Assembly (NCBI GenBank): GCA_963707025.1
Contig: CAVPOM010000018.1
Span: 416,001-480,000 of the forward strand
Origin: an uncultured Verrucomicrobiae bacterium
GTDB taxonomy: Bacteria; Verrucomicrobiota; Verrucomicrobiia; Limisphaerales; Palsa-1400
Direction: 5' to 3'
Length of the DNA stretch: 64,000 nt
The stretch's first letter is position 1. Each line of letters begins with the position of its first letter. Of this stretch, positions 1-9,723 are shown in pieces. A program made the translations under genes and the position numbers. The notes under the pieces were generated by a model, which saw only the letters and a program-made list of their open reading frames with translations, had not been told where the DNA came from and searched no databases.

Positions 1-1465
1 TGAGTTGCAACATCCCGACGCCCACCGCCTTGATGCTGAGCGAATTAATGTTCACGCCTGGGGGCGGATAGTTTTGAGCTGCATCGTCAAGCACCAGCAC
101 CCAGTCATTGGTGTCCGGCGGGCTGAAGGTTTGCGTGCCGATTGTGGCGTAGCCGCCGATGGCGGTGGCCGCGCCGCTGCGCGGATCATACCACCACGCC
201 AGCGCCGCGGGGCCGGAAATTTGTGTCATGTTCACCGTCGGCGTCATGCTATAACCCGGAATGTAGGCGATGACCGACTTGCCCGTGGCCTCGCGCATAC
301 AGGTCACATAATTTTGCTGCCCGTAGATCCCGTAACCCGCCGTCACCACGGTGTTGCTGTAATCAGGGATGCAGTTCCACCAAGGCCTTGTGTTCATCAA
401 CTTTATGACGTTGCTCACGCTGGCTCCTGGCGACGTGAGGTTGGTCTGCCAGTTGGCCGCAAAGGGCCAGATGTTGGCGTTGCCGTAGAAATGGCCGCAC
501 TCGCCGTAAGTGACCGACCCCCAGGCGTAACGCCGGCAATCATAGCCGGTGGCGCCCGCGCTGGTGGGAAGATAAGCTGAGTATTCATACCACGGCTCGC
601 GCGCAAAACTGGGCATCGTCGGAGAATAAAACCAGTTGGTCTTGGCATGGTCATACGTTATGTAATTCGCGCTCCCGGGAGGCGTGCGCGGGTAGGTGTC
701 GTTCAAATTGCACCAACTGTTGGTGTAAAAGAGCTTGGCAGGCTCGAAAGGAATGGACTGCGCGGTGATCAAATGATTGGTGTCCTGGGAAAGAATGCCA
801 CCGGCGATGACGGTCCACACATTCTGCTCATCATTGTCGCCTGCCCCGATATAGACGATGTTGGGGAACGAAGCGTAACGGCCCCCGATGAACGCCCCCC
901 ATTGAAAGACGCTGTTGCTCGGATTGGCCGACGCTATTCCATACCAGTTGTCCGACCCCCCGTCGAACATCGGGTAAATGAAGCAGCAGATTCCGTAGTA
1001 GGCCGCCCGGTTTATCACCCAATCCACATTCGTAAAATAATTCACATTCCAGGTCAGGAGATTGGTTTGCGGCCCGGCGATGGTGCCGGTGAAGGGGTTT
1101 TGCCCATATAGGTTGGTCTGCACATTCCAATCGCTCAGTTGCGGGGCGGTGATGTCCAAGATGACCGAGTTGAAGCCCTGCGCCCACCGATTGCTCAGAT
1201 ACCAGTCCACGTTGGAACTGGTGATGTATTCGGTCAGATACCACGGGCTGTCGCCTTGGATGAAATAGGGGACATTGTTCTGGTCCACCAGATAATGCTG
1301 CCCGGCATTGTATTTCAGCGGATAGGCCACTCCGGCAATTGTCCAATACGGTACGAAGGACATCCACAACACCGCCAATGTTTCCCAAAGGAAATGATTT
1401 CGTGCCCAACGTCTTGCGCATCCGCAGGCCGAAACCGGTTGTGCATACATAATCGTTTCTATCAT
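1..1465 (-). CDS. Secreted DUF4038 / apiosidase-like (GH140-related) glycoside hydrolase with C-terminal collagen-binding-like domain; runs off the window edge
   Basis: Absent from the ORF track because there is no stop in the window. Manual translation from ATG 1465 is open to position 1: ...YPLKYNAGQHYLVDQNNVPYFIQGDSPW...YLSNRWAQGFNSV...EPWYE...RRYAWGSVTYGECGHFYGN...AWWYDPRSG...DWVLVLD, typical DUF4038 motifs. Confidence 0.8.
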   Translation of the reverse strand, partial: MIETIMYAQPVSACGCARRWARNHFLWETLAVLWMSFVPYWTIAGVAYPLKYNAGQHYLVDQNNVPYFIQGDSPWYLTEYITSSNVDWYLSNRWAQGFNSVILDITAPQLSDWNVQTNLYGQNPFTGTIAGPQTNLLTWNVNYFTNVDWVINRAAYYGICCFIYPMFDGGSDNWYGIASANPSNSVFQWGAFIGGRYASFPNIVYIGAGDNDEQNVWTVIAGGILSQDTNHLITAQSIPFEPAKLFYTNSWCNLNDTYPRTPPGSANYITYDHAKTNWFYSPTMPSFAREPWYEYSAYLPTSAGATGYDCRRYAWGSVTYGECGHFYGNANIWPFAANWQTNLTSPGASVSNVIKLMNTRPWWNCIPDYSNTVVTAGYGIYGQQNYVTCMREATGKSVIAYIPGYSMTPTVNMTQISGPAALAWWYDPRSGAATAIGGYATIGTQTFSPPDTNDWVLVLDDAAQNYPPPGVNINSLSIKAVGVGMLQL

Positions 1466-1549
1466 ATTGTCTTGTTATACCAGTGTGCCCCACCTGTCAA
1501 CGCCTGTGCAGTCGTTCGGGGGAACCGCCCTCACAGCAACGACCCGGCT

Positions 1550-3208
1550 TTATTTGTTCGGACGGTTGTTCCCTATAAAAACCAGGAGGTCCACCGCATT
1601 CTGTCGCCCCATAGGAAGATGCATAGGCGGTTGGAACTGCGTTGAGTTGCGTAAGCGAACAATAAAATCGGCATTGTATAAGTTGTCGGCTAGGAAATCG
1701 GTATAGGCATGGGCCGTGAAGTCCGCGCTGGTCAGGACGACATCGCAAGCGGTCGCTGCGGCGACAATCGAATTCAAGTTGGTTGGGCCATCGTCGTGGC
1801 GCCAAAGCCAGTTGACACGGGGTGGCGTTTCATCATGCCGCAGCCAGGGGTACTGTATTCCTTCGGGATTCAATTCGCCAACGCCGCCGAGATACCCGAT
1901 CGTTGGATTTGTAATTCCTTTCGACCGCAGCAGCACGCGCAGTTGATTCCAATCCCACTGCTCCCTTCGAGCCAAGGCCGTCCAGGCGGTGCGCACTCCC
2001 GGAAAATCCTCCGGCCAGGCGAGCGGTTTCAGGATCATGGCAAGTTGCACGAAAACGATGAGGTTCAAGACGAGGAAGCGCAAGGGAGAAGACATCCATC
2101 CCTGCCGTTGCGCGAGCAAGGCAAAGCCGGCTGCGAAGAGGATCAGCGTCGCACTGACGTGATAAATAAGCGGGTCGGGAACACTCACGGAAAGCAGGCA
2201 GAGGGGCAGCGGAGCGAGCAAGGCGCAGGCAATGGACATGGCTGATGGCCTCGAAGTTGGCGGTGCCAGGCTGGCCAGGCGGCCAATGATGGCCAAGAGC
2301 AGGACCGCCATACACCAACAAGCCAGGGGGAGTCCGATGCCTTGCCGGACAAATTCCTGAAACCAGAGTGCGGTGGCGTGGACTCCCGGGGGGCCGTAGC
2401 CGTGTCGCACCGTACCCAGCGCGTAATGCGCGTAGGAAGCGGCGGAGCGAAAATTCACGAGCCACCAAGGGGCGGCGATGAGGCTTCCAATGACGCAGGC
2501 ATTGACGATGAATTGGGGGCTGGGGCCAGTGATCTTCTTGCACAGGCGAAAGCAAACAACTAATAACAAGAAAAAACCGGCCAGGGTCGCAAAACTGGCC
2601 TTGGCCAAGGCTCCGATTCCCAAGGAAACCCCGAGTCCAAGGCAGTTGCCTAAGCTCTCGCTGGCATGATCCCAATTACGGAAAACGAAGCAGCACGTTC
2701 CCGCAGTGGCAAGGTAGAGCGGGTATTCGTTGTAGAACACCGTATTGAAGAAGACAATGTCGGGGCACAAGGCTAGAAAAATCACCGCCAGCGCGGCTGG
2801 CTTGCGCCCGGCGACGCTGGCTACGCCGATAAAAAGCAACCAGAATGTGAGGACACGAAACAAGATTGCGACCATTCGGAGCACAAAGGTGCTTGGACCA
2901 AAGAGGGCGGCCAATGGAAAGGCGAGGATGCGGTAGGCCGGCGGGCGCTCCCTATCTTCGGCAAACCAGGCCTTTATCAGCCCGTGGATTCCGTTTGCGT
3001 GGAAATGGCCAATGTCGGTTTGCATTTCGTTGATATAATGCGATTCATCCCAATTAAATCCATAAGGATGCTCATGGCTCCACCAAAGCGACGCAAGCGT
3101 GACCAATACAACGACGGCCAACGCCAACAGGGGAAGATACGGCGTCTGAGCGCCGGCCGGAGTGCCCGAAGGAATCTCGGAGTCAACTGCGTGCGAGGAT
3201 TGCACCAT
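1550..3208 (-). CDS. ArnT/PMT-like GT-C membrane glycosyltransferase
   Basis: 552 aa, many TM segments, N-terminal loop WDESHY and RPPAY motif, C-terminal soluble domain. Confidence 0.75.
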   Translation of the reverse strand: MVQSSHAVDSEIPSGTPAGAQTPYLPLLALAVVVLVTLASLWWSHEHPYGFNWDESHYINEMQTDIGHFHANGIHGLIKAWFAEDRERPPAYRILAFPLAALFGPSTFVLRMVAILFRVLTFWLLFIGVASVAGRKPAALAVIFLALCPDIVFFNTVFYNEYPLYLATAGTCCFVFRNWDHASESLGNCLGLGVSLGIGALAKASFATLAGFFLLLVVCFRLCKKITGPSPQFIVNACVIGSLIAAPWWLVNFRSAASYAHYALGTVRHGYGPPGVHATALWFQEFVRQGIGLPLACWCMAVLLLAIIGRLASLAPPTSRPSAMSIACALLAPLPLCLLSVSVPDPLIYHVSATLILFAAGFALLAQRQGWMSSPLRFLVLNLIVFVQLAMILKPLAWPEDFPGVRTAWTALARREQWDWNQLRVLLRSKGITNPTIGYLGGVGELNPEGIQYPWLRHDETPPRVNWLWRHDDGPTNLNSIVAAATACDVVLTSADFTAHAYTDFLADNLYNADFIVRLRNSTQFQPPMHLPMGRQNAVDLLVFIGNNRPNK

Positions 3209-3750
3209 GGCTTGGAGGTTACGAAAGCGACAACGGAAACTACTACAGAGCGACTAAAAGCACGGGTTATCTTGATTCAGCGTGAAATGGACTTTCCCAG
3301 TTCACGCTTAAGTACTAATAAGGCTGTGGATTCCTGCCCCAAACCCAAGTTTTTTGAGGCATGCGGAGGCTCTAAAATAAAGGTCTCCAGCAAGTTTTTT
3401 CGGGGAGGTTTTTAGCTTCCCCAAAAAGTGCAGACGTTTTTATTTCGTCGCCTCATCCCGTTATCCCTCGGCGGTTCGCTCTTGAGCAGAGGCCGCTTCT
3501 GGTTCGCGGGACGTGGCCACTCCGGCAGCCGCCGTTTGATTTGTCAAACCCGATTTTTGCGATTGTGGCGCTTTTTCCTCGAGCGCAGCAGGCATGGCCC
3601 TGGCAGCCCGGCGCCTGCGCTGGCGCTGCTGCCGGGTGGCCTCCACTTTTAACATGCGGGAAAGAAATCCTTCAATCGAAATAGGCACCGACGGTCTTTC
3701 TTTTTGCGATTAATGTTGCTTTGCCGGATCATAAAGGCTCTCCAACTTGG

Positions 3751-5571
3751 TCAATGCTGAGCCGCCGATGCCTTGGGAACAGGCTGTAACTCATCGCGCA
3801 AATCAGGCTGTTGGGATATAGTCCACCGTGTTATTGAAGCATCCAACCAACGATCTGGAATTACAGGCCGGTTGGGAAACGCGAAATGAAGATAGCGCTT
3901 GAGAAAATTAAATGCGCGCGGAACGCGAGGGCCAGGCTCGTAAGAAAATAAGAGGTCGCCGCCCTCCCGGTATACGGTGCTTTCAGCAAGAGAAGCATCG
4001 TCCTTCGGCAGAACAATGACAAGATCTCCCGGCTCAGGCCCACGACCGGCATGACCCCTGATCCCATGATATTCCTCAAGCAGTCCGTCATTGGCCACAA
4101 CCCGACTGACCAACACAACATTGTTCGTTCCCGCTGATTCATCCCCCGCTCGTTCAACAGGCAGCCCGCGATAGCTGAGATAGGCGCCAAATTCCATCAT
4201 CACATAGTGGCTGGAGAAGGGAAAGAAAAGCCTTAGCGTTTTACCCGCCCGACGTTGATACTGCGCTTGAATCACACTGCCAATTTCGGCATTGCCATGA
4301 ATGCAGTTCTTTCGCTCGAATTCACGAAAGGCTGAAAGCAAAACGCTTTGAAAGAGGATCGCAAACAGCAGCAACAAAGAGGCAATCCTGATCCCGAGGC
4401 TCAGTTTTCCAAACGACCGAATAGCGAGCCTGCCAAGGCACAAGGCCGCGATGACATCCACAGGCGCCAGGTAGTAGGCGCTTGCCATGCCTAATATAAG
4501 GAATCCAGCGAAATAAGCCATGGCGCCATAGGCCAATCCATCCCAAAGCAGCGATGGCGTAATTCTGCGTCGCCAAATCAAATAGGTCCGGCCGATCACC
4601 AAGGCGACAAAAACCCAGGCCATGAGATCCATCCTCAAGTAGGCGAGCAGCACTTCCAGTTCCGGAAGCCGCTGTTGATGAGCGTAATGCAGACTCGTAT
4701 GCCGAAACATTACTGCGGCGTAATAAAGCACGAAAACCAGCCCAAGCGAAACAAAGCACAGGTCCAGGCGACTTGCCTTCTCCTGGAGCCGGCTGAAATC
4801 CCATCCTGGCCGGTCGGGGTTTCGACACCGCAATAAAAGCCGCCCGCCAACGAAGCCCCACAGGAAAAGGAAGGCCGTCTCCTTGTAATAGATCATGAAC
4901 TGAGCACAGACGATTGCAGCCACGGCACTTGAGGTGGACTGAGTCCGGTCGAAACGCTTGATAAAAAACGACAGGCAAAGAAGCCAGAACACCACGTTGC
5001 GCTCCTGATAAATCAAGCCGCCGAAGGCGACAAAAACACTTGGGGTCATCAGGACACATGCAGCCAGACATACAGGCGCAGCAATTTTCAACCCGCCATC
5101 AAGGTTGACGAGAAGGAGGGATACAATCAGGAGCTGAAGTATAGGCAGAGCGTGATAGGCGGCAACGCTCCTGCCAAAGTGACGCACCAAGTTAAACTCC
5201 TGGAAGCCAAGAGGGAAAAAGCGGCCGCCGTATGGCCAGATCGGCGGATCAATGTTGTGGTTTTTAAGCGTAAACAAGGTAAAGACGGAATTGTCGTTGT
5301 AGGCGAAGCCCTCCCATAGCATCATTAGAGCGATATAACACGCCAGGAATGCGCCGAACAACACCAGCACTGCAAAGACATTACGGGACCAAATCAAAGC
5401 CTGAGGCCGAACTGGATTGCTCGGCACCTCCTGTTTCTCGTCAGGCACCCTCATCCTTGCCCGGCTGACAAACCACGCCGAAGCGACCGCTGCCACCACG
5501 GTCAGGGTGATCCAGATTGGCCAGAAACACGAGATCCGCTGCCGCCACAAGGCCTGGAGAATATCGTGCAT
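3751..5571 (-). CDS. Polytopic membrane protein, probable GT-C-type glycosyltransferase
   Basis: ORF 3751..5664, likely start MHDILQ at 5571. Many hydrophobic segments; GRFFPL and YYKETAF motifs reminiscent of lipid-donor GT-C enzymes. Confidence 0.55.
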   Translation of the reverse strand: MHDILQALWRQRISCFWPIWITLTVVAAVASAWFVSRARMRVPDEKQEVPSNPVRPQALIWSRNVFAVLVLFGAFLACYIALMMLWEGFAYNDNSVFTLFTLKNHNIDPPIWPYGGRFFPLGFQEFNLVRHFGRSVAAYHALPILQLLIVSLLLVNLDGGLKIAAPVCLAACVLMTPSVFVAFGGLIYQERNVVFWLLCLSFFIKRFDRTQSTSSAVAAIVCAQFMIYYKETAFLFLWGFVGGRLLLRCRNPDRPGWDFSRLQEKASRLDLCFVSLGLVFVLYYAAVMFRHTSLHYAHQQRLPELEVLLAYLRMDLMAWVFVALVIGRTYLIWRRRITPSLLWDGLAYGAMAYFAGFLILGMASAYYLAPVDVIAALCLGRLAIRSFGKLSLGIRIASLLLLFAILFQSVLLSAFREFERKNCIHGNAEIGSVIQAQYQRRAGKTLRLFFPFSSHYVMMEFGAYLSYRGLPVERAGDESAGTNNVVLVSRVVANDGLLEEYHGIRGHAGRGPEPGDLVIVLPKDDASLAESTVYREGGDLLFSYEPGPRVPRAFNFLKRYLHFAFPNRPVIPDRWLDASITRWTISQQPDLRDELQPVPKASAAQH

Positions 5572-5579
5572 ACACGATG

Positions 5580-5789
5580 TTATCTGGAATTTCCCATTTG
5601 GGCTTTTGCCCAAGACCGGCGTGGGGCTTTTTCGTGATTTTCTTCCCTCGCCACAAGTTTGCAAGTCTCGTTTCCAGTCCGACCTCGATTTTTCTCTGGC
5701 AGAGGGGTGCTTCGCTGCGATTTGTGCCTTTCCGCACGGTCTCCCACCCCACGCGAAGACACCGCGTACGTGGTTTCCATTGTTTTCAT
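5580..5789 (-). CDS. Possible small basic hydrophilic protein
   Basis: 69 aa ORF preceded by GAGAGGA about 5 nt before the ATG; stops 8 nt before the next gene's ATG. No recognisable family. Confidence 0.25.
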   Translation of the reverse strand: MKTMETTYAVSSRGVGDRAERHKSQRSTPLPEKNRGRTGNETCKLVAREENHEKAPRRSWAKAQMGNSR

Positions 5790-5958
5790 GCGAGTCCTCT
5801 CACTTTTCCTTCATTCATTCTTATTATCCGTCATGTTTTCCAGTCTGAGTTACTGCTAACCCAAATTTTGGAAAAGTCCATTTTCAACTGAGGCAAGACA
5901 GTGCGCGCTGAAGCCACTTGAGCAACATTCTCCGACGATGGGGATAAGTGTCTGACGA

Positions 5959-7224
5959 TCATTGTCGGACCCCATTCGAAGCTACTTCTCTAAAACGAGC
6001 TGCAATCGCCTCCGGCGAAAATTGCCTCCTGGCTCGTTCCCTGGCAGCCTTGCCCATCTCCTTCCTTGTTTCTGGTTTTTGGTAAAGGAAAGTCAACGCA
6101 TCCGCAAGCTCCGCAGGAGACTCTTCCGGCACTAGAACGCCTGTTGCGCCATCAACCACAGCATCGGGGATGCCGCCGCTCCTCGATCCAACCGCGGGAA
6201 CTCCGAATGCTGCAGCCTCGGCAAACGCTATGCCGAAACCTTCCTGCCATGGGATCGTCGGATCGAGCCGCGAAGGCATAACAAATACATCGCCATTGCG
6301 CAAGAGAGACCATTTTTTCTCGCCAGCAACGGAGCCCTCGAAATGAACTTTGTGCCGCAATCCAAGTTCATCCACAAGCGCCTCAAGAAAGCTTCTCTCG
6401 GGGCCATCCCCGCCGATGACATACCGATGGGGAATCCCTCTTGCAGCAAGAATCTTAAGGGCACGGAGCACAATGTCAACGCCCTTGCCCCTCACCAACC
6501 TACAAATTGTCACAAGATTGAGATAATCGTCCTTTTTAGCCCTAGGCTCCAAAACGGCGGATGCTTTTAGTGCCTCTTCGGATATCGGCGGATAAATGAC
6601 CTTGACCCTATCGGGTGGAACCTTCCACGCCTCCAGCAATGATTTAGTGTGGCGGGAATTCGCCGCAATCCAGCTAGCCCCTCTCAACATCACTCCCCTT
6701 TTAACGAGGTCGTTCTTCTTGTGATTCGGGAGCCGGCGAATTTCAGCGTCGTGAGCTATTATTCCATACGGCCGGTGCCGTCCGATCAAGGACAAGGCAA
6801 GTGGATAGAGCCTCAGGTCCAAATACCCAAAAACAACCGCTGTTGGCTTCTCCTTTGACAGAATCCCCTCCAGTTCCGCGATCGAAGCGGTCGAGGCCTT
6901 AAAAAAGAAGGTCCCCTCCAAAACACGGCGACAATTGGGGCTTAAACATCGAAGGATTTCCAGCAGGCTGACACATTTCCTGCCCAGCCAGTTTGCGGGT
7001 TTACCGTCACAAATTAGTTGGAATGGAATCACCCATGCTTCGTACTTTTCCAGGAATCCTTTCCGTTCGTTTTCGTCGGGCCGAACGACCGCCAGCACTT
7101 TTACCGAGTCGCCGAGGCTCATAAGGCCTCGCATCAGGCTATCTAGATAAGTGTCAACTCCTCCGGGCCATATCATTGCCCCGCCCCAATCAGAAGCTAT
7201 TAACAAAAAGCGATTTGTTTCCAT
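5959..7224 (-). CDS. Glycosyltransferase family 4
   Basis: Likely start METNRFLL; ANSRHTK, RLVRGKG and EGFGIAFAEAAAFGVP (GT4 EX7E) motifs. The upstream ORF extension overlaps the GT2 gene and is spurious. Confidence 0.9.
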   Translation of the reverse strand: METNRFLLIASDWGGAMIWPGGVDTYLDSLMRGLMSLGDSVKVLAVVRPDENERKGFLEKYEAWVIPFQLICDGKPANWLGRKCVSLLEILRCLSPNCRRVLEGTFFFKASTASIAELEGILSKEKPTAVVFGYLDLRLYPLALSLIGRHRPYGIIAHDAEIRRLPNHKKNDLVKRGVMLRGASWIAANSRHTKSLLEAWKVPPDRVKVIYPPISEEALKASAVLEPRAKKDDYLNLVTICRLVRGKGVDIVLRALKILAARGIPHRYVIGGDGPERSFLEALVDELGLRHKVHFEGSVAGEKKWSLLRNGDVFVMPSRLDPTIPWQEGFGIAFAEAAAFGVPAVGSRSGGIPDAVVDGATGVLVPEESPAELADALTFLYQKPETRKEMGKAARERARRQFSPEAIAARFREVASNGVRQ

Positions 7225-7369
7225 TGCGGCCTCGTGCGGTAAGAATTGTGTCAACCTCTGCAGGGTGATCATTCCGCTGACCCAGTGTCCGGCCCAAGCG
7301 GTCACCTGGGAAGGAAGTGATCTGTTATTAGGTAGCGGGGATGGTGTATCATTTGGTGGAGGCTCAAAC

Positions 7370-8437
7370 CTATGGCAATTCTGTTCTGGGTTCGCCCCGA
7401 TCCGCTCCCGCTTGCCCTGCTGTCCGCGGCTGCAGGAGCGCCCGCCCGTCATCCAAGTCTGGGCGAAAGTCGTTATCCCACCTTCTCCAGAAAGCATGCC
7501 AAGCCTTTTCGATGACCGCACGAGGCAGCCACTTTGCCAACATCTTCCAATCGAAGGAATAGTTGATGGCCGCCATCCCGCTTCTATGAAATTCCCAGTA
7601 TTCGCGAGTCTTACGGTGTAGTGAGCAAGCTGACTGCGCAAGTTGCAGGAAGTATTCCCGTTCGGCACGCTTGAGACAGCGATCATACTCCTCCCCGGAA
7701 AGGTAGTCTCTGCCATGCGCGACGAGCATGGAAAGATGCACAAAGGGACCGATCCCGAACTGGCGTACACGCGACATGACCCCCGCATTACCCCAGCGGG
7801 AATAGGTCAGGACCTGATGGACGAAGCCAAAGTCCCAGGCCCGGAGCAGGTCAAAGCAGACATGGCCGTCCTCGAAGGGCGCGTACCTTTCGTCATAGAA
7901 CGGGTTTCGCGAGCGGACCAGCTCCGACCGCATCAGCAGTGAAGTGGGCGACCCAAAAACATACGTGCCGTGGAAAAAATAGAGGCGGCCAACGTCACGG
8001 CCGGAAAACATGCCGCTGGAATAAGGGAGGCCGTCCAGAACGACTTCAGCGCCTTCCAGCCGGTAAGCGGCGACGATGCCGACGCCGGGATGCGCCTCGG
8101 CCACCTCGACCATGCTCCGGACACAATCTGGAAACAACCAGTCATCCGCCTGAACCATCTTGCAGTATTTGCTCCCGGGTGAAATACAAGAAAGCGCAAA
8201 GTTGTAATTCTGGACTTGCGACAAGAATGACGGCGGACGGATGACACGTATCCTCCCTGGGAAACGCGACGCATAATTGGCGGCGATCGCACTCGACCCA
8301 TCCGTGCTGCAATTGTCCACGAGGAGGTATTCCGAATTTTCATAAGTCTGGCGCAGCACGCTTTCGATACACTCGGCCAGATACTCCTGTGTATTATAAA
8401 ATGGTGTGACGATGCTAACAAGAGGGGCGGTGCTCAC
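7370..8437 (-). CDS. Glycosyltransferase family 2
   Basis: VSIVTPFYN, VDNCSTDGS, QADD and FED motifs. Confidence 0.9.
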   Translation of the reverse strand: MSTAPLVSIVTPFYNTQEYLAECIESVLRQTYENSEYLLVDNCSTDGSSAIAANYASRFPGRIRVIRPPSFLSQVQNYNFALSCISPGSKYCKMVQADDWLFPDCVRSMVEVAEAHPGVGIVAAYRLEGAEVVLDGLPYSSGMFSGRDVGRLYFFHGTYVFGSPTSLLMRSELVRSRNPFYDERYAPFEDGHVCFDLLRAWDFGFVHQVLTYSRWGNAGVMSRVRQFGIGPFVHLSMLVAHGRDYLSGEEYDRCLKRAEREYFLQLAQSACSLHRKTREYWEFHRSGMAAINYSFDWKMLAKWLPRAVIEKAWHAFWRRWDNDFRPDLDDGRALLQPRTAGQAGADRGEPRTELP

Positions 8438-8659
8438 GATACTCTATCTTTTCAATTGCATCGAGCCTCATGGATGCCATCGAACGGTGCTTCCGTCCTG
8501 GGATCGGCCCGTCATTTCGCGCGGATCAAGAAAGCAACAACCAAGCCGCCATAGAGCGGGAAAAGCGACGATTGAGATCACCGGAAGGGCGGCCAAAGAG
8601 CGTCAAAAGCTTCTGTTAGATCCGCGTTTTCGATGTAGTGCCTCCAGGTTTCTCAAGTA

Positions 8660-9668
8660 TTATCCCACAGGCCCGCCGCAACTTCTTATATTATGCTTTT
8701 TTCTTGCGCGCCATTTGCTGTCGCGCAGCAGGCGGTACATCTCCACGATGTGGCCGGCGGCTCTCCACACCTCACACTTGTGGATAAATCTCCGCCGCGG
8801 GTTCAAGTCCAGCATCCACAGGAGTGTTCTTTTCGGCAGCTCGATTACAATCATTTTCAAAGCCGTGAAGCATCGCCGCGGAACGCCAAAATAAGCGGGA
8901 CCGAGTCCCCATACGCGGACACCGGCTCGAACCTTGGTCGAATATCCAGGCCAGAAAGTAATCCTTTCGTATCCGATTTTTCGGAACCGAGTGGTAAACA
9001 ACGGCGGCGGGCTCATAACACAACCGTTCCCCCTTGGCCATCAAGCGGCGACCGAATTCGCAGTCCTCACTGTGGGGCGGGATTGACTTGTTGGGGCTGG
9101 GTCCGAGGTCGGTACGAAAATCCCCGTATTTTTCACACATGGCCTTCCGAAAAGCCATGTTCGCTCCATAAGGAGGCGAAGCAAGTTCACATGGCTTGTC
9201 ACCCGCGTCGAAGTGGGCATAGAGAGTTGCCGCCATGCTGTTCGGACCGTCCAGTGGCAGCCAGCGGGGCGGTGAGAAGGTCTCTGCCGGAAGCGTTCGT
9301 CCTCCGGTGCCCGCCCAAGGACCCTCCTTCAGGGGCGCCGTCAAGTTCCACAACCATGCCGGATCCACGGTCACATCGTCGTCGGTGAAGGCCAGGACGT
9401 CGCCTCGCGCTTCGCGAATGCCGCTGTTCAGAGCAAACGACTTGCCCGGCTGTGGTTCGAAGAGATAACGGAAGCGTCCCGGAAACCGGCGACAATAATC
9501 CTCGACTACAGCACGCGTTTGATCGGTCGAATTGTTATCCACCACCAGAACCTCCCATTCGACAGACTTGGGTATTGTCGAGGCTGCAACACTAGCCAGA
9601 GTATTCCCAAGACTGCCGGCACGGTTATAGGTGCATAAAATGACCGTGATCTTCATGTTCTGCGTCAT
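8660..9668 (-). CDS. Glycosyltransferase family 2 (one-base frameshift near 8930)
   Basis: ITVILCTYNR, VVDNNSTD, FTDDD, GANMAFR, SED. The C-terminus (GRAGVRVW...RRFIHKCEVW) continues in ORF 8660..9016 if one T at 8930-8931 is removed. Confidence 0.85.
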
Positions 9669-9723
9669 CACTTCTCGTCTTCCCGGTCGCAAGGCAACAA
9701 GCCCGGTCAGATGAGCGAACTCA

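Noticed and set aside
831..1493. 220 aa minus-strand ORF from the track
   Set aside because: Wrong frame; the adjacent frame from 1465 carries the DUF4038 motifs.
3394..3428. Hairpin as intrinsic terminator
   Set aside because: Imperfect stem with no U tract following it on either strand.
3461..3688. 75 aa Arg-rich ORF in the gap between the GT-C genes
   Set aside because: No clear RBS or family resemblance; cannot be supported.
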